Source: Planctomycetota bacterium
Lineage (GTDB): Bacteria; Planctomycetota; PLA2; JAEUHO01
Reading direction: 5' to 3'
NCBI GenBank assembly: GCA_050248855.1
Contig: JBFWRP010000020.1
Coordinates: forward strand, 19,620 to 83,619
Length of the DNA: 64,000 nucleotides
Position numbers and translations under genes: made by a program. The notes under the pieces are model-generated. The model ran no database searches. It had not been told where the DNA came from and was given only the letters and a program-made list of their open reading frames with translations. Each line of letters starts with the position of its first letter. Positions within the stretch are counted from its first letter, which is position 1. This document shows positions 47,557-56,786 of the stretch, piece after piece.

Positions 47557-47729
47557 GGTTCTCGTCGCTCTGCGCAGCAGCCCGCCGCGAGCGGGCGCTC
47601 CACCGCGCCAGGATCGATGGGCAGGACGTGGTGGAGTGGTACGCTCTACCCGCCGCGGCCGCCGGGGGGGGCGAGCCGTGGAGTCTGCCCGCGCGGCCCG
47701 TCCGGGCCCGCAGAGCCCTGGAGGGAAGC

Positions 47730-48989
47730 ATGACTTCGCGCTCGATCTACCCGGCGGCGCTTGCCGCCGCGATGGCCATCGTCCTCTCGGGCTGCTGCTC
47801 GGCCCTGGTCCGTGCGCCGTCCCGCACGACGCTTGCGGACGCTGCGATGCCCGCCGCGGATGCCCAGGGGCTCGTCGCGGGCATTCGTGACGAGGCGCCC
47901 GCCGCCCTCGTGCCGTGCGCCGACGAGCAGGCGCCCGCGCCCGCCGACGAGCAGGCGCCCGCGCCCGCGCCCGCTGGCGTGCAGGCGCCGCCGCCGCCCG
48001 CCGGTGATCGTCCGCCGGCCGAGGCCGGTCCGGGCGAAGCGTGGTGCCGCGTGTGGGTGCCCGCCGTCAACGAGGTCCGCTCCGAGCGCGTGCTCGTCGA
48101 GCCGGCGCGCAAGGTCAAGCGGTGGATCGCTCCGGTCTACGGCAAGCGCATGCGTGTCGTGTGCGGACGCCCCGCCGAGATCGAAGAGGTCACGGTGCCC
48201 GGCCAGTTCGGCACGCGTCGTCGCACGATCGTCACGGATCCCGGCCACGACGTGTGGGAACGCGTGAAGTGCGGCAACGACCCCTGTGGCTGTCAGGAGT
48301 GCTGGAAGAAGGAGACGTGTCCCCCGAAGACCGAAGAGGTCTGCGAGCGCGTCTGCATCGAGCCGAGCCGGACGGTCATCAAGTTCCGCCCCGCCGAGTG
48401 GCGCGTGGTGGAAGAGGAGTACATGGTCGAGCCCGGGCGCTGCGAGGAAGTGTGCCTGCCGGCTCGCTACGAGAACCGTGCCCGCACCGTGTGCGTGAAG
48501 CCGGGCCGCTGGGAGTGGCGCCGCAATCCCAACTGCGAGGTTCCCGTCGCCGTCCTGCTGCCGGCGCTCGAGATCGAGCTGGTCGACCAGCGTCCCGACG
48601 GCACGAAGGAAGGCATCTTCGCCCGCGGTGAGCTCGTCCGGTACGAGCTGCGCGTCAAGCACGACGAAGGCAGCCAGGCAATGGCCGACCTGGGCGTGCA
48701 CTTCAAGCTGCCGGCAGAGCTGGAGTTCGTGTCCGGTCGTGGCGTCGGCACGCCGATCGCCGTCACGGGTGCGGGCCGCGAGGCGGCCTCCAACGTGTTC
48801 ACGCTCGCCATCGGCGACGAGCGTGTCATCGAGCTCCTGGCCAAGGTCGTGGGTGTGCCCAGCACCAACCTGGTCAAGCTCGAGGCCAGCGTCCAGACCA
48901 GCGATGGCCACCCGCTGGCCACCGAGACGGAGAGCACCACGCTCAAGGAAGGGGCGCTGACCCCGACCTCCTTGCCGCTCGCCCGCTAG
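47730..48989 (+). CDS. Cys-rich lipoprotein with 3+3 23-aa repeats and C-terminal DUF11/OmcB-like Ig domain
   Basis: Lipobox VLSG-CC. GEAWCRV...WEWRRNPNCEVP shared with the 37897 protein. C-terminus ALEIELVD...GELVRYELRV...LPAELEFVS...TETESTT. Confidence 0.78.
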   Translation: MTSRSIYPAALAAAMAIVLSGCCSALVRAPSRTTLADAAMPAADAQGLVAGIRDEAPAALVPCADEQAPAPADEQAPAPAPAGVQAPPPPAGDRPPAEAGPGEAWCRVWVPAVNEVRSERVLVEPARKVKRWIAPVYGKRMRVVCGRPAEIEEVTVPGQFGTRRRTIVTDPGHDVWERVKCGNDPCGCQECWKKETCPPKTEEVCERVCIEPSRTVIKFRPAEWRVVEEEYMVEPGRCEEVCLPARYENRARTVCVKPGRWEWRRNPNCEVPVAVLLPALEIELVDQRPDGTKEGIFARGELVRYELRVKHDEGSQAMADLGVHFKLPAELEFVSGRGVGTPIAVTGAGREAASNVFTLAIGDERVIELLAKVVGVPSTNLVKLEASVQTSDGHPLATETESTTLKEGALTPTSLPLAR

Positions 48990-49040
48990 GCCTCTTGCCC
49001 GCGGGCCGGTCGCCCCGGCCGCTGCGTCGAGCGCCCACGT

Positions 49041-49071
49041 GGCCCCGGTCGTCGACGACCGGGGCCTTTCT
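49041..49071 (+). terminator. Intrinsic terminator candidate
   Basis: Perfect palindrome GGCCCCGGTCGTCGACGACCGGGGCC followed by TTTCT. Confidence 0.6.
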
Positions 49072-49491
49072 CGTTGCGGGGGGGGGCCGTGACGGGGGGT
49101 GCCAGCAGGCTCCTGCGGGCCATGTGGGCGCCGGGGAGATGCACACGCCGACGCGAACGCGGTTTCCCCGGCCGCGGGCCGCGGACCTTCGCCCATTGTT
49201 CATGGTTCGTGCTTGCGGCCCTCCGCGAAAGCATTAGGCTGTCGCGCGTTCTCGACGCATGGCGAGATTTCACGACGCGAGGGATTCGGGACAGGCTCGG
49301 CGGGTTGACGCAAGTCCTTTCGTATGGGGACTTTGGGTCAGCGCAGGTGACATGCCGACCGGCGGCATGGAGCGTGCTTTCCGCCCGACGGGTGGACCTC
49401 CTTGGGGGAGGGACCCCGGGAACGAGCCAGGTCGTCCGTGCAGGGCGCACGACCGTCGGCCCTCGGCTCCCGATGCAAGCAGGAGACGTCC

Positions 49492-52400
49492 ATGTCCAAG
49501 CGAAGCTTCTTCGCGGCTCTCGTCCTCGTGGCGACGGCCCTCAGCCTGGGGTCGGTCACGGTCGCGACCGCCTCGGCCCCCAACGGGTGGAACCCCAGCA
49601 CGGATGCTGGCTTCCAGGGCCTGCCCGACCGTGACCCGCGGAGCGCCCGGTTCCTGGTGCTCTCCAACGCGAACAACTCGACCTTGCCGGGCACCGTCAA
49701 CGGCCCTGGCGAGACGTTCCTCGCGGTTTCCTTCGATCCGGCGGTGAGCGGCTCGCAGGCGCGTATCGCGCTGTTCGACCCGAACACGGTGGGGCTCTGG
49801 GACCAGCGCGTGGACGGTCGTCTCCTCACCGTCGCGCCCAACGTCCGCTACAGCCTGTATGCCGACGCCAACGGTGACGCCGTCGCGCGCCTCGTGGACG
49901 GCGACAACACCAACGACCCGGCGCTCGTCCAGCAGACCGACGCGGCGGGAGACTACAACGCCGACGCCAACGCCGACTCCGCGTGGTGCTCGTTCTACGA
50001 CGCCGCGCTGGCCAGCACGCCCTCGGCCCGGACGCCGGTCGGCACGTACCGCTTCCTGCTGCGCATGACGCTCGAGCCCGCCCCCGGTCAGCTCTTCCTG
50101 CAGGGCACCGAGCGCTGCGGTCACAAGGTGGCGTTCAACGGCACCTACCTGCTGCCGGCCAACTCGGTCATCGGGTTCGGCGGCGGCGCCATCGACGAGC
50201 GCACGATCGTCGGCCTCGAGCGCCAGCTGATCCTGCAGTCGTTCGACCCGGTCACCACGCTCGAGCCCGCGCCCGAGTCGTTCCACTACAACGGCATCTT
50301 CCAGCTCAACATGCGCGGCACGCACGCGTGCGCCGGCGACATCAACATGTCCGACTCGGATGCCGACTACCAGGCGCCGACGAGCCAGGGCGGGTCCATC
50401 AACGACCCGCTGCAGAACCCCACGGGCATTCCGCCGGACAACGTCGGCTTCTACGAGCTTCCGGCGTCGGAGTTCCCGCTGCGCGACGTGTCGGACTTCC
50501 TGATCCTCGACCCGGCCACGCCGGGCGGTGCGCCGCGTCCGATCCGTTGGTCGATCTTCCCGACCAACGCCGTGCACGACACGGGCGCCCCGGACCCCGC
50601 GAGCACGCCGGCCAACCCCACCTTCACCTCGGCGGCCGACACGGCCTCGGGCCACGTCTCCTACGACTCGAACCAGCAGCCGGGCGTGTTCGAGACCGCG
50701 CTCCTGGACCAGGCGACGTTGCTGGCCAACCCGGGCCTGTGGTGCGTGCGGTGGGAGAGCGTCGACAAGGCCAACTTCGTCTTCCTGAAGTTCAGCCGCG
50801 AGGTCGGCACGACCCCGCACGCCCCGAGCATGGAGGGTCGCGTCTTCTGCGACGCCAACACGAACGGCGTCTACGACGCCGGCACGGACGGCTCGCTCGG
50901 CATCGCGGTCAACCTGTCCGTCCAGCGCGTCAACTGCGACACCGACGCCCCCATCGGCGCGCCCATCCCGGTCGTCACGGCGCTTGACGGCACATGGAAC
51001 ATCGCGGCCATCCAGCCGGGCTGCTACGAGGTCTCGGTCGTCACGGCGATTCCCTTCGCGCCCACGGGGGGCATCACGCTGCCCCTGCGCGTCGAGGTCG
51101 AGGACGACGAGTGCGAGGCCGACCTCGACATCGGCTACGACTGCACCCAGTCGCTGTGCGGCCACGTCTTCTGCGACTTCAACACGAACTGCGAGTACGA
51201 CCCGCTGATCGACGAGCCCTACACGCCGGGCGCGATCACCGTCGTGGTCCAGCGCATCGACGACCTGGGCGACCCGGTGGGGGCCCCGGTCAACGTCTTG
51301 ATCAGCCAGGGCGTCCAGTGGTGCGCGGACGACCTGCCGGTGGGCCGCTACCGCGTGACGCTGGCCGGCACCGACCTCGAGGTCGTGCCCGGCTGTGTCG
51401 AGTCCTACACGATCGACCTGGACCTGGGCACGGTCGGGTCCGAGTCCACCGCCAACCTCGACTTCGCCATGGTCTGTCCGCCGGACGAGGTGGAAGTCTG
51501 CGGTCGCGTCTGGTGTGACGACGACGGCACGCGCACGTTCAACCCGCTGGACGACCGTCCGATCCCCGGCATGACCATCGAGGTCCGTCCCGCCGGCCAG
51601 CCGTTGGCGCCGCCGATCGCGACGATCCTCACGGGCGTGGACGGCTCGTGGTGTCTCGACCTCGAGGTCGGCAGCTACCTGTTCACGGTCGTCTACCCCG
51701 ACCCGCCGATCACGAACAACATCGAGCCCATCGGCCCGACCAGCCGCACCGTCGACGTCGACGTCGAGCCGGCGCCGCCGTCCGTCGACTTCCTGTTCGA
51801 CTGCTTGTCCAGCCTCGGTGGCCGCGTCTTCTGCGAGGGCCCCGACAGCGACTGCAACGAAGTCTGGGATGCCGGCATCGACACCCCCGTCCCCGGCGTG
51901 CTCGTCGAGCTGCTGCTGAACGGTGTCGTGGTCGATACCACGCTGACCAACGCCGCCGGCCTCTACGCCTTCGCCGGCTTGGCCCCGGGCAGCTACACCA
52001 CGCGCGTGGCGAACAACGCCGCCAACGAGGCGCTGCTCGGTGACAAGGCCGGGCCGACCCCGCCGACGCGCACGGGCGTGCTCCCCCAGGGCGCCGACCG
52101 CGCGACCGACATCACGGGCCTCGACTTCGCCTACTGCGTGCGCCAGATCATGGGCCGCGTCTTCTGCGAGGGGCCGGACGGCGACTGCGACGGCGTCTAC
52201 GACGCCGGCATCGACCAGCCGATCCCCGGCATCGTCGTCGAGCTCGTGCTGAACGGTGTCGTCATCAAGACCGACGTGACCGACGTCGAAGGCAAGTACG
52301 GCTTCGACGAGCTGGATCCGGACCTCCAGTACATCGTGCGTGTCGCCGACATCCCGGCGAACGCCGTGTTGCTCGTCGGCAAGACCGGTCCGACGCCGCC

Positions 52401-55400
52401 CGCCTACCAGGTGACCCCTGGCAGCAGCGGCCAGACCCCGAGCCTGGACTTCGGCTACTGCGAGCGCATGCTCGCCGGCCGCGTGTTCTGCGAGGGCCCG
52501 GACGCGGACTGTGACGGTCGCTACGACGCGGGCGTCGACACGCCGATCCCCGGCGTCCTCGTCGAGCTCGTGCAGGGCGGCGTGGTGCTGCGCACCGACA
52601 CGACCAACGCCGACGGCCGCTACGGCTTCACCGGGTTGGCGCCGGGTGGCAGCTACATCGTCCGCGTGGCGAACAACGCGGCCAACGCCGCCCTCCTGGC
52701 CGGCAAGGCGGGCCCCGACCCGCTGCTCTACGACGTCGTCGTGCCGGCGGCTGGCGCGCTCGACAACCTGGACTTCGGCTACTGCTGGCGCCGCATCGGC
52801 GGTCGGGTCTTCTGCGAAGGTCCCGAGGCCGACTGCGACGGCATCTACCAGGCGGGCGTCGACACCCCGATCGCAGGCGTCCTGGTGGAGCTGCTCGAGG
52901 GCGGCGTCCAGATCGCGACCGACACGACGGACGCCCAGGGCCTCTACTCGTTCTTCCCGGTGAAGCCCGGCGTCGCCTACGTGACGCGCGTGGCGAACAC
53001 GCCGGCGAACGACGCCTTGCTCGAGGGCAAGTCCGGTCCGATGCCGCCGCTCTGGAACGTGACGCCGCTGCCGACCGGCCAGCGCAACGACCTGGACTTC
53101 GCCTACTGCCTGAAGGAGCTGTCCGGTCGCGTCTACTGCGAAGGCCCGACGGACGACTGCAACGGCGTCTACGACGACGGCATCGACACGCCGATTCCCG
53201 GTGTGACGATCGAACTCGTGGCAGGCGGCCTCGTGGTCGACACGACCGTCACCAACGCCCAGGGCTTCTACGCGTTCACCGGTCTCACGCCGGGCGTGGC
53301 CTACACCGTGCGTCCTGCGAACAACCCGGCCAACCAGGCCCTGCTCGAGGACAAGACCGGCCCGGTGCCGCCGCAGTACACGGTGACGCCGGGTACCACG
53401 GACCCGCTGTCGGGTCTGGACTTCGGCTACTGCCTGCGTGAGATCTCGGGCCGCGTGTTCTGCGAGCCGAGCACCGAGGACTGCGACGGGATCTACGAGG
53501 CGGGTGTGGACCTGCCGATCCCCGGCATCCTGGTGGAGCTCGTGCTGAACGGCGTCGTGGTCGACACGACCTTGACGAATGCCGAGGGCCGCTACGTCTT
53601 CACCGGCCTGACGCTGGGGGCGACGTACACCACCCGCGTGGCGAACAACGCCGCCAACGCGGCCATCCTGGCCGACAAGACCGGGCCGACGCCGCCGAGC
53701 TACACGGTGGTGATCCCCGCCTCCGGCCAGGAAGCTGCGGCCCTGAACAACCTCGACTTCGCCTACTGCTCGCACCGCGAGCTGTCGGGCACCGTCTACT
53801 GCGAGGGGCCGTTCGACGACTGCAACGGGGTCTACGACCTCGGTGTGGACACGCCGATTCCCGGCGTCGTGGTGGAGCTCGTCGTGAACGGTGTCGTGGT
53901 GGCCACGGACACCACGGACGCCAACGGCTTCTACAGCTTCGACGAGCTCGAAGTGGGGGTGGCCTACACGACGCGCGTGGCCAACACGCCGGCCAACAGC
54001 GCGCTCCTGACCGGCAAGAACGGCCCCGTGCCGCCGAGCCACACGGTCGTCCCGGGCACCGACGACGTGCTCACGGGTCTGGACTTCGGTTACTGCCTGC
54101 GCCAGATCTCGGGACGCGTGTTCTGCGAGCCGGGTGAGCCGGACTGCGACGAGATCTGGACGCCGGGCGTGGACACCCCGATCCCGGGGATCCTGGTCGA
54201 GCTCGTGCTCGGCGGATCCGTGGTCGGCACGACCACGACCGATGTCGAGGGCCGCTACGTCTTCACCGGGCTGATCCTGGGCGCGTCGTACACGACCCGT
54301 GTCGCCGCGACGCCGGCCAACGCCGCCCTGCTCGTCGGCAAGACGGGTCCGACGCCGCCCTCGTGGACGGTGGTCATCCCGGCCTCCGGCTCGCTGGCCG
54401 CCCAGCAGCAGACGCTCGACTTCGCGTACTGCACGCAAAACGAGGAGCTCTCGGGCTACGTGTACTGCGAGGGTCCGTTCGAGGACTGCAACGGCGTCTA
54501 CGACCTGGGCATCGACACCCCGATCCCCGGGATCGTGGTCGAGCTGGTCGTGAACGGCGTCGTGGTGGCCACGGACACGACGGATGCGAACGGGTTCTAC
54601 TCCTTCGACGGCCTCGAGGTCGGTGTCACGTACACCACACGCGTCGCGGCGATCCCCGCCAACGATGCGCTGTTGAAGGACAAGAACGGCCCGGTTCCGC
54701 CCAGCTGGACGGTCACCACGGGCACCGATGACCCGACGACCCATCTGGACTTCGGCTACTGCCTGCGCCAGATCGCCGGTCGCGTGTTCTGCGAGCCCGG
54801 CGAGCCGGACTGCGACGAGGTCTGGACGCCCGGCGTGGACACGCCGATCGCCGGCATCGAGGTGGAGCTGGTCCGCAACGGTCTCGTCGTGGCGACGGAC
54901 ACGACGGACGCTGACGGCCGCTACCTGTTCACGGGTCTCGTGCTCGGTGCGACCTACACCACGCGTGTGGCCGCCACCGCCGCCAACGAGGCATTGCTCC
55001 TGGACAAGAAGGGTCCGACGCCCCCGAGCTGGACCGTCGTCATCCCGGCCTCGGGCCAGGAAGCCGCCGGTCAGCAGGACCTCGACTTCGCCTACTGCAC
55101 GGAGCGTGAGTGCATCCAGAAGATCTGCATCCGCGTCTACATCGAGCCCAAGGGCAAGTGCGACCAGGTGTTCACGCCTGGCGTGGATCGTTGGCTCGAG
55201 GGCGCCCAGGTGTTCGTCAAGAACGCGGACGACAACAACGGCTACATCGCGGACGCCTACACGGATGCCGACGGTCGTGCCTGCTGGGAGGGCTTGCCCC
55301 CCGGTCGCTACATCGTGTACGTGGGCGGCGACCAGACGCACCTCGGCTTGCTCGAGTGCGACGTCTGGGAGTGCCATGTCCTCCTGCGCTGCAACGAGGA

Positions 55401-56358
55401 CAAGGAGTGCGTCGTCGGTACCTGCGAGCGCTGCCCGCGCGGTCCCGCCTGCGAGGGCGAGATCCGCGAGGTCGACGTCGAGCTGGACCTCTGCCCGACC
55501 GCGCATGAAGGCGAGGAGTGCCTGCCCTTCGAGGTGGTGCTCGGCGGCTTCCGCGACGGCCAGCGCTACGTGATGGACCGTCTCCACACGCTCGCTTGCC
55601 CGGGTGAGATGCCCCTCGCGCTGCACGGCGCGGACGGCGTCATCCGCGTCCTCTCCATGGAGTGGACGCCGTGGGGCGCCGTGCGCGTCAGGCTGCGCCT
55701 GACGGCGCCCGGTGACGGTTCGTTCGGCAGCGACGAGATGGTCCTCCAGGTCACGCTCGGCGACGACACGGCGACCGGCCAGACGGCTTGGCGCGCCGAG
55801 ACGGTCCGCCCGGGTGCCTGGTTCACCTTCGAGCGCGGCTGCACGCCGCTCCCGCCCTGCGAGGAGATGTTCGGCGACCTCTACCAGTGGCTGCCCGGTG
55901 AGTGCGCGGCCCGCTTCCTGGTGCTCGACGTGCTCACGATGGAGTCGTGGGAGCGGTGCGACGAGCCCCGGAAGCCGGAGTGCGAGCCGGTTTGCCTGGA
56001 GCTGGGCGTGAACGGTCCGTGCGACTGGTTCGTGGACGGTGACAGGCGGCGTCTCGAGATCGGGCTCTGCCCGGTCGGCACGCACGACTACATGGACACG
56101 GTCGTCTTGGTCTTCGACGGGAACAGCTGGACGGGCGAGCAGAAGAGCGGCGACGGCTACCTGACCGTGCTCGCCGTGAACAAGCGCACGGACGAGTCCG
56201 ATCCGGACGGCTGCCACTGCTGGTGGACCATCTCGGTCCGGCTTGACCACCCCTGCTGCATCCCGGGCCGCCCGGACTGCGTGACCGCCGTGGTCAAGGG
56301 GACGCTGGACGGCGTCACGACCGACGAGAGGGTGCAGGACGTCTGCATCATCCCGTAG
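49492..56358 (+). CDS. Giant (2288 aa) exported SdrD-B/Cna-B-like repeat protein, cysteine-rich
   Basis: AGGAG RBS, signal peptide, 13 repeats plus 1 degenerate repeat of about 108 aa (GRVFC..DCDGVYD.G.D.PIPG..VEL...T.T...G.Y.F.GL...LDF(G/A)YC), Cys-rich C-terminus. Confidence 0.88.
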   Translation: MSKRSFFAALVLVATALSLGSVTVATASAPNGWNPSTDAGFQGLPDRDPRSARFLVLSNANNSTLPGTVNGPGETFLAVSFDPAVSGSQARIALFDPNTVGLWDQRVDGRLLTVAPNVRYSLYADANGDAVARLVDGDNTNDPALVQQTDAAGDYNADANADSAWCSFYDAALASTPSARTPVGTYRFLLRMTLEPAPGQLFLQGTERCGHKVAFNGTYLLPANSVIGFGGGAIDERTIVGLERQLILQSFDPVTTLEPAPESFHYNGIFQLNMRGTHACAGDINMSDSDADYQAPTSQGGSINDPLQNPTGIPPDNVGFYELPASEFPLRDVSDFLILDPATPGGAPRPIRWSIFPTNAVHDTGAPDPASTPANPTFTSAADTASGHVSYDSNQQPGVFETALLDQATLLANPGLWCVRWESVDKANFVFLKFSREVGTTPHAPSMEGRVFCDANTNGVYDAGTDGSLGIAVNLSVQRVNCDTDAPIGAPIPVVTALDGTWNIAAIQPGCYEVSVVTAIPFAPTGGITLPLRVEVEDDECEADLDIGYDCTQSLCGHVFCDFNTNCEYDPLIDEPYTPGAITVVVQRIDDLGDPVGAPVNVLISQGVQWCADDLPVGRYRVTLAGTDLEVVPGCVESYTIDLDLGTVGSESTANLDFAMVCPPDEVEVCGRVWCDDDGTRTFNPLDDRPIPGMTIEVRPAGQPLAPPIATILTGVDGSWCLDLEVGSYLFTVVYPDPPITNNIEPIGPTSRTVDVDVEPAPPSVDFLFDCLSSLGGRVFCEGPDSDCNEVWDAGIDTPVPGVLVELLLNGVVVDTTLTNAAGLYAFAGLAPGSYTTRVANNAANEALLGDKAGPTPPTRTGVLPQGADRATDITGLDFAYCVRQIMGRVFCEGPDGDCDGVYDAGIDQPIPGIVVELVLNGVVIKTDVTDVEGKYGFDELDPDLQYIVRVADIPANAVLLVGKTGPTPPAYQVTPGSSGQTPSLDFGYCERMLAGRVFCEGPDADCDGRYDAGVDTPIPGVLVELVQGGVVLRTDTTNADGRYGFTGLAPGGSYIVRVANNAANAALLAGKAGPDPLLYDVVVPAAGALDNLDFGYCWRRIGGRVFCEGPEADCDGIYQAGVDTPIAGVLVELLEGGVQIATDTTDAQGLYSFFPVKPGVAYVTRVANTPANDALLEGKSGPMPPLWNVTPLPTGQRNDLDFAYCLKELSGRVYCEGPTDDCNGVYDDGIDTPIPGVTIELVAGGLVVDTTVTNAQGFYAFTGLTPGVAYTVRPANNPANQALLEDKTGPVPPQYTVTPGTTDPLSGLDFGYCLREISGRVFCEPSTEDCDGIYEAGVDLPIPGILVELVLNGVVVDTTLTNAEGRYVFTGLTLGATYTTRVANNAANAAILADKTGPTPPSYTVVIPASGQEAAALNNLDFAYCSHRELSGTVYCEGPFDDCNGVYDLGVDTPIPGVVVELVVNGVVVATDTTDANGFYSFDELEVGVAYTTRVANTPANSALLTGKNGPVPPSHTVVPGTDDVLTGLDFGYCLRQISGRVFCEPGEPDCDEIWTPGVDTPIPGILVELVLGGSVVGTTTTDVEGRYVFTGLILGASYTTRVAATPANAALLVGKTGPTPPSWTVVIPASGSLAAQQQTLDFAYCTQNEELSGYVYCEGPFEDCNGVYDLGIDTPIPGIVVELVVNGVVVATDTTDANGFYSFDGLEVGVTYTTRVAAIPANDALLKDKNGPVPPSWTVTTGTDDPTTHLDFGYCLRQIAGRVFCEPGEPDCDEVWTPGVDTPIAGIEVELVRNGLVVATDTTDADGRYLFTGLVLGATYTTRVAATAANEALLLDKKGPTPPSWTVVIPASGQEAAGQQDLDFAYCTERECIQKICIRVYIEPKGKCDQVFTPGVDRWLEGAQVFVKNADDNNGYIADAYTDADGRACWEGLPPGRYIVYVGGDQTHLGLLECDVWECHVLLRCNEDKECVVGTCERCPRGPACEGEIREVDVELDLCPTAHEGEECLPFEVVLGGFRDGQRYVMDRLHTLACPGEMPLALHGADGVIRVLSMEWTPWGAVRVRLRLTAPGDGSFGSDEMVLQVTLGDDTATGQTAWRAETVRPGAWFTFERGCTPLPPCEEMFGDLYQWLPGECAARFLVLDVLTMESWERCDEPRKPECEPVCLELGVNGPCDWFVDGDRRRLEIGLCPVGTHDYMDTVVLVFDGNSWTGEQKSGDGYLTVLAVNKRTDESDPDGCHCWWTISVRLDHPCCIPGRPDCVTAVVKGTLDGVTTDERVQDVCIIP

Positions 56359-56402
56359 CGCAGTGCACACGCTGCTCCGGCCTGCTGGCCGGTGCCTCCG
56401 CC

Positions 56403-56437
56403 GACGGCCGGGTCGTTCGACCCGGCCGTCGTGCTTT
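56403..56437 (+). terminator. Terminator-like hairpin after the giant gene
   Basis: GACGGCCGGGTCG-TT-CGACCCGGCCGTC then GTGCTTT. Confidence 0.5.
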
Positions 56438-56481
56438 GGGGAGCGCGGTCTGGGCTACGAGTACCGAACTGTGCGCTGGTG

Positions 56482-56665
56482 TCTGCAGGAGAGGTGCCTG
56501 GGCTCCGGACACGGAGCGCGCGGCCACACCTCCGCAGCTGGGGGTGGCGCAGGCATCGAGACGCGGTACGGAGGCGGGGAAGTCTTCCGCAACTTGCCGA
56601 TGGGTACTCCCGCCGGCGCATGAGCAGGGCGGCAAGTTGCGGAAGACATCCCCGCCACCTCGGGC
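56482..56665. repeat. Dispersed repeat family A, copy 2
   Basis: Shares leader (AGGTGCCTG..CTCCGG..GCATCGAGACGCGGTACGGAGGCGGGGA) and arms (TCTTCCGCAACTTGCCG / CGGCAAGTTGCGGAAGA) with 16600-16785. Confidence 0.85.
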
Positions 56666-56786
56666 GCCTCGCGGCCGGCCCTTGAACCGCGAGCAGTTCC
56701 GGGCTCGCGACGCGCCGCCGAGGAGCGCGCACGCCCCCGCGCGGGGCGTGCGCTAGGCTGTGCAACTCCAAGCGTGGAGGCCGGTC

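Noticed and set aside
49270..56370. 2366-aa antisense ORF over the giant gene
   Set aside because: Shadow frame expected from high-GC codon bias. No motifs, while the + strand has RBS, signal peptide and domain repeats.
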